The notes under the pieces are model-generated. The model saw only the letters and a program-made list of their open reading frames with translations, ran no database searches and was not told where the DNA came from. From NCBI GenBank assembly GCA_963662275.1, contig OY759316.1, positions 1,920,001-1,984,000 on the forward strand: a DNA stretch of 64,000 nucleotides. Reading direction: 5' to 3'. Within the stretch, counting starts at the first letter, position 1. The number at the start of each line of letters is the position of its first letter. This document shows positions 39,301-48,700 of this stretch, piece by piece. Source of the DNA: Candidatus Cloacimonadales bacterium. GTDB taxonomy: Bacteria; Cloacimonadota; Cloacimonadia; Cloacimonadales; DAONDQ01. The position numbers and the translations under genes are program-made.

Positions 39301-41088
39301 TCCACTTCTTCCTACCAAACTCCAACCGTCACGACTCAAGCTGTAACAAGTATCACTGCTACAACAGCCACAGGTAACGGCAATGTGACTGCGCTCGGTA
39401 ATCCCAATCCCACGCAGTATGGGCATTGCTGGGGTATTGCGGAAAACCCTACGACTTCCGATAGCAAGACTCAATTGGGAAACAAAACCACAACCGGGAC
39501 ATTCATCTCAGGGCTTACAGGACTGACTGCAGGAACCGAATATTTCGTGCGGGCATATGCCACTAATAGCCAAGGCACTTCCTATGGTAATGAGGTAAGC
39601 TTCGAAACGATACCCGCAGCACCGGTTGCCAATAACGCAAATACCATCACGACAACCGGCTTCACCGCTCTGTGGAATCCAGTTACAGGAGCGACGGGCT
39701 ATCGGATAGACGTTTCAATCTCAATGGGTTTTGGAAGTTATGTAGCAGGATTTGAAAACTTGGATGTAGGCAATATTCTCGGTTATCCAGTCACAGGGCT
39801 GACTGCCGGAACCACCTATTATTACAGGGTAAGAGCCTACAATGCAAGCGGGACAGGTATCGATTCAAATATCATGTCAGTGATTACTAACTCAAACTAT
39901 AATGTTAACATTGATAAAGGCAACATTACAGGTGTCCACATCTTTACTGATGAGACTGATTATGGTATAGACCCTGTCAGCCCTATGGTTTTGCCGGCTG
40001 GTTTCAATGGGACTTTCCATGCAGAAAAGACAGATTATGTATGGGAACTGGCGGTCGGGTCAGATAGCAACATCATCTTAAATCTGGCTGCCGATACAAA
40101 TATTGCTTTTATTGGCACTTACACATACGTTGATCCTGTCAATCCAGGGTTTGTTTACACAGGGGAACCGGATATCCCCATCGTTGCTGTTGCGGTTACA
40201 TTTGAAACCCTGGTCGTTCCTCCACCCACACTGAATCCCGTTGGCGCGGTTGTAATCGTTTTTACCGGAGTTACAGTCAGCGACCTGACGATCTCTGTTC
40301 CAACCGGAATATGGTATGTGATCGCCTATTATAATGATCCGGTAAACGGTGGTCTGGATTGGCATCACGCGAATCCATATCCGGCAAACGGACCTATGGA
40401 TGTTGTATTTTACAATGTACCGTTCGGAACCAAGAGCAATATACCGATCATAATAACCGGTGAAGATGTCACTCTGCCTGTGGAACTATCCTCCTTCACA
40501 GCCAATGTTACGGTAAGCAACTTTGTCCAGCTTGATTGGGTTACACAATCCGAATCAGGTGTCTCAGGTTATTACATCCACCGCAATATCGTAAATAGTT
40601 TGATTGATGCTGTTGTGGTCAGTCCTTTTGTGACTGCCGGCAACACATCAAATGAACAAAGCTATAGTTTCACAGACGATGAAGTAGAGTCCGGCACCTG
40701 GTATTATTGGCTGCAAAACATCGATATGGACGGACAGATGGCATTTCACGGTTCCATCAGCGTTACTGTCACAAAACCAGGTGATGAACCAGTAACACCC
40801 ATAATTCCCAATCTGACCTCGTTAACAAGCGTATTTCCCAATCCATTCAATCCTGTTACCACCATTTCCTTTCATCTTGCTAAATCTGAATATGTAACTC
40901 TGGATATTTTCAACATCAGAGGAGAAAAAGTACGCGCCATTGCTTCTTCTTCTTTTAATGAAGGCACCTACCGCAGCAATTGGAATGGTATTGATGATCA
41001 CGGAATGGCTGTCAGCAGTGGAGTGTATTTCCTGCAAATGACAGCTGGTAAATACCATACTATAGCCAAACTGGTTCTTATGAAATAG
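36310..41088 (+). CDS. Large secreted fibronectin type III repeat protein with FlgD-Ig/T9SS-A-like C-terminal domain
   Basis: 1592 aa, signal peptide, many FN3 units (FTANW...YYYRVRA, GHCW...YYVRAYATN), TLPVELSSFTA and FPNPFNPVTTISF...GVYF terminus. Confidence 0.9.
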   Translation: MNKHCSWQRILPVFFVIILSGIIPSLSLQPLYAQTNSLSLDQSYTSGAFQYYMWGNSTLEVTGAGRITETLYMYGTRIFTERQYALYQGATLKDGQSWPDDVEYTSNANRFDATRTTTGLAAGTYTAMIVVQQRQDGTPHTFPAKIHSITLYGAPGIGTPTLTSSTATSLTISATATNIGHGISGRIMVGSTWYTATVTGSTLSYTATGLSPYTSYAVDADVTSIEGTAGATATSFSTLGVAPTVTTQSVSVIASATATGNGSITSLGAPNPTAYGHCWANTTNPTIANSSNNLGAASATGAYISSLTGLAANTLYYVRAYVTNSISTTYGTQVSFTTAPGAPGTPTSTYITSTGFTVNWTAATGATGYYLDVSTSASWASYVTGYQNLPVGNVTSYAVTGLASNTYYFYRIRAYNSNGTSDNSTRIQQKTGPAAPAAGAATSITISAFTANWSASTGATSYRLDVSTVNTFASFVTGYNDLNVSTVLTYAVSGLSAGTTYYYRVRAVNSGGAGDNSAVITVETIPAAPTATAATSITTTGFSANWSAVTGAASYRLDVSTVNTFASFVTGYNDKNVGLVVTSAVVGLSSGTTYYYRLRSVNTGGTSAVSNTMSTTTYLAPTVTTQAVTAITVGTATGNGNVTVLGVPNPTQYGHCWALTSSPTTANAKTTLGAKSTTGAYTSSLTGLTAGTLYFVRAYATNAAGTVYGSEVSFTTTPAAPTATAATSITISGFTANWSAVTGAASYRLDVSTVSSFASYITGYTDKNVASVVSYAIASLTTGATYYYRVRAVNTGGTSANSGTITTIVYQTPTVVTSPVTAVTTTSATGNGNVTVLGVPTPTQHGHCWAITSNPTISNSHTSLGAKITTGAFTSSLTGLLAGTQYYVAAYATNAAGTSYDDDAIFVTTPPAPVANAATYITSTGFTANWSAATGTFSYRLDVSTVNTFASCITGYSDLTVGNVLTYAVSGLSTGTTYFYRVRAVNTGGTSASSNTISTSSYQTPTVTTQAVTSITATTATGNGNVTALGNPNPTQYGHCWGIAENPTTSDSKTQLGNKTTTGTFISGLTGLTAGTEYFVRAYATNSQGTSYGNEVSFETIPAAPVANNANTITTTGFTALWNPVTGATGYRIDVSISMGFGSYVAGFENLDVGNILGYPVTGLTAGTTYYYRVRAYNASGTGIDSNIMSVITNSNYNVNIDKGNITGVHIFTDETDYGIDPVSPMVLPAGFNGTFHAEKTDYVWELAVGSDSNIILNLAADTNIAFIGTYTYVDPVNPGFVYTGEPDIPIVAVAVTFETLVVPPPTLNPVGAVVIVFTGVTVSDLTISVPTGIWYVIAYYNDPVNGGLDWHHANPYPANGPMDVVFYNVPFGTKSNIPIIITGEDVTLPVELSSFTANVTVSNFVQLDWVTQSESGVSGYYIHRNIVNSLIDAVVVSPFVTAGNTSNEQSYSFTDDEVESGTWYYWLQNIDMDGQMAFHGSISVTVTKPGDEPVTPIIPNLTSLTSVFPNPFNPVTTISFHLAKSEYVTLDIFNIRGEKVRAIASSSFNEGTYRSNWNGIDDHGMAVSSGVYFLQMTAGKYHTIAKLVLMK

Positions 41089-41110
41089 AAAAACCCATAA
41101 TTTGTTAATG

Positions 41111-41146
41111 CATAGCCCGTAATCTGGTTACGGGCTATGTTGTTTT
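41111..41146 (+). terminator. Intrinsic terminator
   Basis: CATAGCCCGTAA-TCTGG-TTACGGGCTATG 12-bp stem followed by TTGTTTT. Confidence 0.8.
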
Positions 41147-41361
41147 AAATAGAAATAGCTCATAAACTACACGACAACTCTACCAATTCTAAGTAAAATA
41201 ATTCTGCATAACTATACATGTCCTCTCTTCTTCGCTTATAGATGGACATCTGAGCAATCATTTTCCTTGACCTGAGATGTGCAGAGAAATGTATTTGGTA
41301 AGATTATTAATTAAAACGATTATAATTATGCATGTGACGATCTCTAAAAGGAATAGATACT

Positions 41362-44300
41362 ATGGCGGAAGCAATATTCAAACAGTACCTTGCCAATCTG
41401 CAAGCTACCCTGAATCAGGGTGATGCCCGGGAAGAGAGCTTTTATGAACATGTCAAGACCCTACTCCTGCAATTTGCTGAGCTTACAAACAAGAAAAAGC
41501 CGGATATCACGATTCTACCCAAAGCTACCGAAGCCGGGAATCCGGACTTTCGTGTATGGGATGGTAAAAACCACATAACCGGTTATATTGAAGCCAAAGC
41601 CCCCAGTGTGTTCCATCTTGACCAGATCGAAACTTCAGAACAGTTGAAGCGTTATCTGAAAGTCTTTCCCAATCTGATCCTGACTAATTTCTATGAGTTT
41701 CGCCTTTATCAGCATGGTATTATGATTTGCACTGCTATGATTGGCAGAGCATCCAATGCCATTACTTTGCATAAAACTCCCCCGCTGGAGCAAGCAGAGC
41801 AGTTTAGCTACCTTTTAGAACGTTACTTTGCCTTTTCACTGCCTTCTATCAATAACCCCAAGTCACTTGCCAAGGAGCTTGCCAAACGCACCCGTTTCTT
41901 GCGGGATGAGATTATCGCTATCGAACTGGCTGAGGAAGAGAGACAGGGAAAGAAAGTCCTACTGGGCTTCTATGATTCTTTCAAACGATTACTGATTAAT
42001 AAACTGACCCATGAGCAATTTGCCGACCTGTATGCCCAAACACTAACCTACGGCATCTTTGCAGCCCGCACCAAGTCTGAAGGTGAATTCAACCGTGAGT
42101 TGATTTACAAGTATATCCCTAATACACTTGGTGTGCTGAAAAGCATCTTTAAGTTTATCTCTTATGACGAACCGCCCAAAGCACTCGAGGTTTTGATAGA
42201 CGACATTGCTGAAATCCTCTGCGTGACAGACATCAAAAAGATACTGCATGCCTATTACAAAGAAGGTAAAGGCAGTGATCCCATCATCCATTTCTATGAG
42301 ACTTTCCTCTCGGAATACGACCCGACTCTCAGGGAAAAGCGGGGAGTATATTACACACCTGAACCTGTGGTGCGCTACATCGTCAAATCCATCCACAGCA
42401 TCCTCAAATCTCATTTTAATTTGAAAGACGGACTGGCAGACAGTGCTGTCACTCTGCTTGACCCGGCTGCCGGTACCCTTACCTTTCCGGCAGAAGCCAT
42501 CAAACTGGCTGTGCAGGAATATACAGGCAAGTACGGCTCCGGAAGTATCAAACAAATGATCAGGAATCATATTCTCCCGCATTTCTATGCCTTGGAACTG
42601 ATGATGGCACCCTACACAGTTGGACATCTGAAAATCAGCTATCTGCTGGATGAATTGGGCTACCAGATGACTGAAGATGAGAGGTTCAAACTCTACCTGT
42701 CGAATACGCTGGAAAAGGATATACCTATTCAATCAGAATTAGCTTTTGCACACGAGATTACAGAAGAATGCCTGCTTGCCAATAAGGTAAAACAGGATGA
42801 GCCGGTGCTGGTAATCCTTGGTAATCCGCCTTATAGTGGTATGAGTGAAAACAACAACCCCTGGACCGAGCAACTGCTCAAACAGGATTTGGACGGTGCA
42901 ACCAGTTACTACAAAGTGGATGGAATGCTATTGGGAGAAGCAAATCCCAAAATGCTGCAAGATGACTATGTGAAGTTTATCCGTTTTGCCCAATGGAAGA
43001 TACACAAGGCAGGTAAAGGCATTGTGGGAATGGTAACGAACCACAGCTATATAGATAATGCCACCTTTAAAGGCATGAGACAAAGCCTGATGCATACCTT
43101 TGACCAGATCTATGTCTTGGATTTGCACGGCAACAGCACCAAGAAAGAAACCGCTCCCGATGGCAGTAAAGACGAGAATGTATTTGATATCAGGACAGGG
43201 GTAGCCATCTTACTTATGATAAAAGACGGCACTGCTGAAAAGAGATTTTATCATGGAGATTTGTATGGACTTCGGTCTGCCAAATATGATTGTCTGAATG
43301 ATAATAGCATTGATAGCTTTGAATATACGTTAATCAATCCCAAGCAGCCGTTTTATCTCTTCAAACACTTATCTGATGATAAAGCTCATTATTTAAGTTG
43401 GGATAAAGTCAATGATGTATTTCCTATAAACAGTGCCGGTATTCAAACTGCAAGAGATAACCTGACTATTCAGTTTGATAAACATATAATGCTAAACACA
43501 GTCAATCAGTTTACTAAACTCGATACTGAAACTGCACGGCAGGCTTATGAATTGGGTAAAGATTCGAGAGATTGGAAAATTGATTTAGCCCAAAAAGACT
43601 TAAAGGAATCAGGACTTAATTCTGATAATATAAAACCTATTCTCTACAGACCTTTCGATATCAGATTTACTTACTATACCGGCAAGTGTAGAGGATTTCA
43701 TAGTATGCCAAGAAATGAGGTCATGCAGCACATAAAGAACAACAATTTAGGTTTAATTCTGGGCAGACAGGGTCAGGTAGTGGGCTCAGATTATTTATGG
43801 AACTTGGCTTATATTACTTCAAGTATGATTGATTATAATGTGTACTATCGGGGTGGCGGAGTTTTATTGCCATTGTATCTGCATCCCGATTCACATTCAG
43901 ATGATCTCTTTGCAGCACAGGAAACGCAAGTTAATATCAAACCGGAACTGCTTGAAGAATTCGCTAAGCAGGACTTATCGGCAGAAACCATCTTCTATTA
44001 TATCTATGGCACTCTTTATAGCAATATCTATCGGGAACGTTATGCAGAGTATCTCAGGATAGATTTCCCTCGCATTCCTTTCACCAAAGACACCCAGCTT
44101 TTCAAGCAAATGGCAGTATATGGCAAGCAGATAGTAGATTTGCACCTGATGCAGAGCAGTGAACTGGACACACCCATAGCGAAGTATCAGGGCAACAGCG
44201 ATAATGACAAAGTGGAACATGTAAGCTATGACGAGTCACAAGGACGCATCTATATCAATCAGGATAAGTACTTTGAAGGCATCAGTCCGGAAGTATGGAA

Positions 44301-44484
44301 CTATCACATCGGTGGTTACCAAGTACTGCACAAATACCTCAAAGACCGCAAGGGCAAAATCATGGATGATCCCATCTACTATTGCCGTATAGTAACCGCT
44401 CTGAGTAAAACAATTGAGTATCAGAATAAGATAGACGAGATATATGAGGAATTGGAAGCAAGTTTGGAACGCCTCACCCCGTGA
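41362..44484 (+). CDS. Fused restriction endonuclease/N6-adenine methyltransferase (type IIG/ISP-like, no helicase)
   Basis: N-terminal PDF...IEAK (PD-(D/E)xK), GVYYTP, LDPAAGT motif I, GNPPY motif IV, C-terminal specificity-like region (YRPFD, DFPRIP). Confidence 0.88.
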   Translation: MAEAIFKQYLANLQATLNQGDAREESFYEHVKTLLLQFAELTNKKKPDITILPKATEAGNPDFRVWDGKNHITGYIEAKAPSVFHLDQIETSEQLKRYLKVFPNLILTNFYEFRLYQHGIMICTAMIGRASNAITLHKTPPLEQAEQFSYLLERYFAFSLPSINNPKSLAKELAKRTRFLRDEIIAIELAEEERQGKKVLLGFYDSFKRLLINKLTHEQFADLYAQTLTYGIFAARTKSEGEFNRELIYKYIPNTLGVLKSIFKFISYDEPPKALEVLIDDIAEILCVTDIKKILHAYYKEGKGSDPIIHFYETFLSEYDPTLREKRGVYYTPEPVVRYIVKSIHSILKSHFNLKDGLADSAVTLLDPAAGTLTFPAEAIKLAVQEYTGKYGSGSIKQMIRNHILPHFYALELMMAPYTVGHLKISYLLDELGYQMTEDERFKLYLSNTLEKDIPIQSELAFAHEITEECLLANKVKQDEPVLVILGNPPYSGMSENNNPWTEQLLKQDLDGATSYYKVDGMLLGEANPKMLQDDYVKFIRFAQWKIHKAGKGIVGMVTNHSYIDNATFKGMRQSLMHTFDQIYVLDLHGNSTKKETAPDGSKDENVFDIRTGVAILLMIKDGTAEKRFYHGDLYGLRSAKYDCLNDNSIDSFEYTLINPKQPFYLFKHLSDDKAHYLSWDKVNDVFPINSAGIQTARDNLTIQFDKHIMLNTVNQFTKLDTETARQAYELGKDSRDWKIDLAQKDLKESGLNSDNIKPILYRPFDIRFTYYTGKCRGFHSMPRNEVMQHIKNNNLGLILGRQGQVVGSDYLWNLAYITSSMIDYNVYYRGGGVLLPLYLHPDSHSDDLFAAQETQVNIKPELLEEFAKQDLSAETIFYYIYGTLYSNIYRERYAEYLRIDFPRIPFTKDTQLFKQMAVYGKQIVDLHLMQSSELDTPIAKYQGNSDNDKVEHVSYDESQGRIYINQDKYFEGISPEVWNYHIGGYQVLHKYLKDRKGKIMDDPIYYCRIVTALSKTIEYQNKIDEIYEELEASLERLTP

Positions 44485-44714
44485 GGTGGCACAACGCACC
44501 CCGTGAGTTGCGAATCTGATGTGTACAAGACGCTTATATATAAAAAAGATGACTATATTCTTCATATTTTGAATTAATTTGTGTAAGTTTAGAGATTATT
44601 GCAAAGAAAGAAGCTGAGTGATTTACGGAAGATGTACAACGCACGGGGTGCGTTGTGCCACCTGACGGGGTCAGGCGTTCCGGTGGGAGCACAACGCACC
44701 CCGTGCGTTGCGAA
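44466..44714. repeat. MITE/REPIN-like element with 45-bp inverted repeats
   Basis: 44466-44510 and 44637-44681 are reverse complements with 3 mismatches; a third partial copy lies at 44689-44714. Confidence 0.75.
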
Positions 44715-44759
44715 CCTTATTTGATGTGGCAAAGCGGAATTTGCCACCCTATGCTTTAG

Positions 44760-45383
44760 TTACCTGAATTTAATTGGTATAAAGGGCAGTGATTCATTCT
44801 GTTCCCATGTTTCTAACACATCCCGGTTGTATTTTAGCTGTTTTTGATATTCCTTTCTCATAGTTTCAAATTCAGGGATAAATGATTCATGCTGCAATTC
44901 CTTTATTTTTTTGATGAGTGCTTCCAATTCCAAGCACTGAAGTTGCCAGGACAACTTGTTTAGAATCTCCTATTTACTGGTTATAGCAACAGCTAATCCA
45001 CCTGTCGCAAAAGCACAACGTTCATCATCGAAGAAATGATAAGGTCCAATATTAATGAATGTTTCACATTCTCCCATATCAACCGGATAACCAATGAAAC
45101 TGAAATAGTAATCATCAAAACCTTCCCAGCGAGTATCAACCAGTTTCTTAGATTTCACAAACTTTGCCAGAACATTCGAGAAAAAATCATAATCCAGATT
45201 AATCTTTATTGGTTCCTTGGTTAGAATAAAGTCACCTTCGCTGAAGTAGTTATGTTGACCAATGCGAACTGAATAAAAAGGATCGGGGGAACTGAAATCG
45301 TACATGAGGTGGACATTCACACTTACTTCTAAGAACTCAATCCACATGGATTCATCTTCGTAAATTATAGATTTTTTCTTCAT
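44760..45383 (-). pseudogene. Hypothetical gene interrupted by one in-frame TAG (44970-44972)
   Basis: ATG 45383 with GAGGT RBS. The 44760..44954 ORF is in frame after the TAG (ITSK*EILNKLSWQ). Confidence 0.55.
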
Positions 45384-45792
45384 AATTACCTCTTTTGTAT
45401 TTGCAATACAGGTGACGAAGGTTGTCAATAACAAACTGATGGTAGGTATGGCAGAAATACGATATTCAATGTTTTAACATACCCGCTGAAGTGGGTGCTA
45501 CCTCTTGGAGTTCAACTTGCCAAGATGACTTTAAAATGACAAGAATGTAATACGCAAGTTAGACTTCAAGCCTGAATTTGACTCGTTTCTAACTGGGGTG
45601 AAGTCCAATTTCCCTGTTAGCTAAGTGGTTACTTATAGTTTTGCTTGGGAAAATGAACTCCAAATTCCCAGCGGTGTCCAGTCGGGTTTGAAGTCCGAAT
45701 TTCCTATTACTTGTGTATTCATAATAAATTCGAAGGAAATTTGAACTCCAAATGCTCAGGTTTATACTTCAAATATTCATTTTCACTACAGT

Positions 45793-48700
45793 TTAATCAG
45801 TTGATGCTACAACACGGTAGAATTTCTTGCTTATTCCTACAGAATTTGTCGTCCATGTAATCCTAGTTCTGGTTCCGTTATTATCCCGCTGGTATGCACG
45901 ACTGCTCCGAATAAACTGCTCAGTAGAAGCATACTTAGAGCCTGTATTAATAGCAGAAGTTCGGGCAGAACTAAACACACCTTGTGAAGAGATATTAGTG
46001 AAAGTCCCATTCGTTGAGTCAGACGCAATGATTTTATATGAACTTGCCCCACTAACGCTATCCCAACTGATTTGAATTAACGGATCGTTCGCTGTAATCG
46101 TTATGTTTTGTGGTGTTCCGACAGAGTCTTGTCCAGCGTAAGCAATGATATACTGGCAGAAAGAGGTAATAGAATTGAACGTTACAGTATTAGCATCGGC
46201 ATCAACAGCATAAGCCTGAGTTGCCAAAGTCCATGCAGCATCTGAACTGCTGCTTCGGGTATACAATTTGAAATATTCGGGATGTGATTCATCTGCAACG
46301 GTGACGTTTTCATTCACTGAGAAAATCAGATTTGCATTGAAGCTCCCTGAGCCATAACGATTAACTATCCAGTATTGTGAATCATATACAATTATAGATC
46401 CGCTTGGATTGAGATTGGGTGCCTGATTCAATTTGGTAACAGTAACAGAAGCGCCATCATAGCTATCATAATAGATGAGAAGTCCAGTACCTGGAAAGCT
46501 GACATTTCCACTGATTTCTTCACGGGTATAAGTATTACCCTGTCCGAAGGGAATTGTTGAGGAGCACCAAGAACCGCTGCTCATATTGGTCAACGTTCCA
46601 TTTAAACCGGAGATAAGTTCATTTGCAGAAGAACCGCTATTATCATTGAACTGCCAGTAGGCAACCAAACCTGTTTCATTCCCTGATAATGGTAAACTGG
46701 CATTTTCCCTGATTTGCTGCGCAGATAGGGCAACATTCCATAATCTGACTTCATCCATTAGTCCTTTGTATAATTGGGTCCCACTGGTTCCGGAACCAAT
46801 TACCTTATTACTTGTATTATTCACAAAGGTATAATTAGCATCCGAGATAAGAGACATCTCCTGACCGTTAACATATATTTTATGAGTTCCTGCTCCGGTG
46901 CCGCTTCTTGTATAGACAATATGATTCCACATACCGGGTGTAATGGCATTATCATTAGTCTGGGCTACCCAGGTGCTTAATCCTGAAACAGCAACTCTGT
47001 TTGTGCCACCGCTTCCAATCCCAATTTCCAGTTGGAATGATCCGGCGGAATTATTGAATGCGGTGGAATAGATTCCTTGCCTTGTAGTCATTATATCAGG
47101 TTTTACCCATGCCTCCAGGGAAAGGACATTGCCAGCATTTAGAACAGTGCTGTTTCCAACATTTATATAATCATCTGTTCCATCAAAAAGCAAGCAAGTT
47201 CCGGCTACACCTTCCGGACCTGTGCCTTGTGCCACAGAGAATTCACTGAATGAGGAAAGTCCTGTTAATAAGAACGTCCTGCTACTTACATTTTGGGTTG
47301 CAGTTGTGGTAATATCTGTCCAGTCAGATAAGGGATTATTTCTCTTCAAAAGTCGGACAAACTGATAATCGGCAAGCGGGATATTGGAATAATTGATAGA
47401 CAGATTGGCTGTAACGGTACCTGTTTTAAAAACACCCCAGACTGCATCAGCTCTCTGGGTTATATTCCCGGGAAAAGTCTCTGAGTCAATAACATCGGTA
47501 CCGCTTCCGGTATAATAAATCCCCAGGAAATTGCTGTTATCGGGTGTTGTTGTGATTGTAAGTGTCATTTGCTTACCTGTACTGCCGATACTTGTTGGAG
47601 TTGCAGTCCGTACAGAAGTTCCCAGCACACCCATAGAGACACTCGAATGAACCCAGCTAAAGTCTGACATATTATTCATCGTTCCGTTATACCCGTTACC
47701 GCTTAGATCAGAAACAACACTTCCGGTCACATTATTGAAGTTATAATACATCAAAAGATTAGTTGTGGGAGGTGTGGCAAATTTACACATATTATCCTGA
47801 ATCTGAGCCTGTGTACGGGCTGTATTCCACACTCTGAATTCATCCAGCTGACCATTAAAGAAACTTGACCCTGCTCTGTAACCTATCGTAAGGGGAGGAA
47901 CAGGTGCTATCCAGGGATTAACTGTTGACGTGACCAGGCTGCCATTTACATATAACTGTGAAGTAACTGCCATTCCTGCTTTAATCCAGGTTACAGCACA
48001 GTGATACCATGTATTGGTGTTCAGAGTTGAATAGATAAGAGAATTGCCTGAAGAACCAATCCAGACATATAACCTATTACTTGCTATAGTACAATAAAAG
48101 TTGGATGAGCCACTTGTTTCAGACCACAAATATCCTCCGGAGATATCATTCGCTTTAAACCAGAACTCAATCGTACCCTGGTTGGGAAGTGTGACCGGAA
48201 TTGTAATATTATCATCATTCCCATCAAAGTCAAGAGCGTTATTTAGTCGGTATGGCGTAGAGAATTCAGTGTCAGCTCCGTATCCTGTCCCGACCGCATT
48301 GGTGGCATAAGCGTGGACATGATACCTGGTATCATGTGTCAAACCTGTTAAATTGCCTGTGAAAGTACCTAATCCGGCGCCATTGGTTGTATGCAGTCCA
48401 TCTACCGTGGGATTAGCAGAAGTACTCCAGCAAATGCCTCTGGCTGTAACTGCTTCTCCGTTTTCGGAGGTAACGCTTCCTTCACAAATTGCTGCTACTG
48501 TATCTATCAATGAGATGGTATTGGTTGTTACTGTGGGCACATCATCGGTTGTAAAGGATAACTCCTCACCATAGCCTGTTCCTACTCCGTTTTTGGCATA
48601 AGCCCTGACGTAGTATTTTGTACCCTTAGCAAGTCCTGTTATTGATGCAGAGAAAGTTCCTGTACCTGTCCCGCAATAAGTTTGAGTATCTGTTATTAAA

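Noticed and set aside
42043..42732. 229-aa minus-strand ORF
   Set aside because: Fully antisense to the conserved methyltransferase region, with no recognisable motifs
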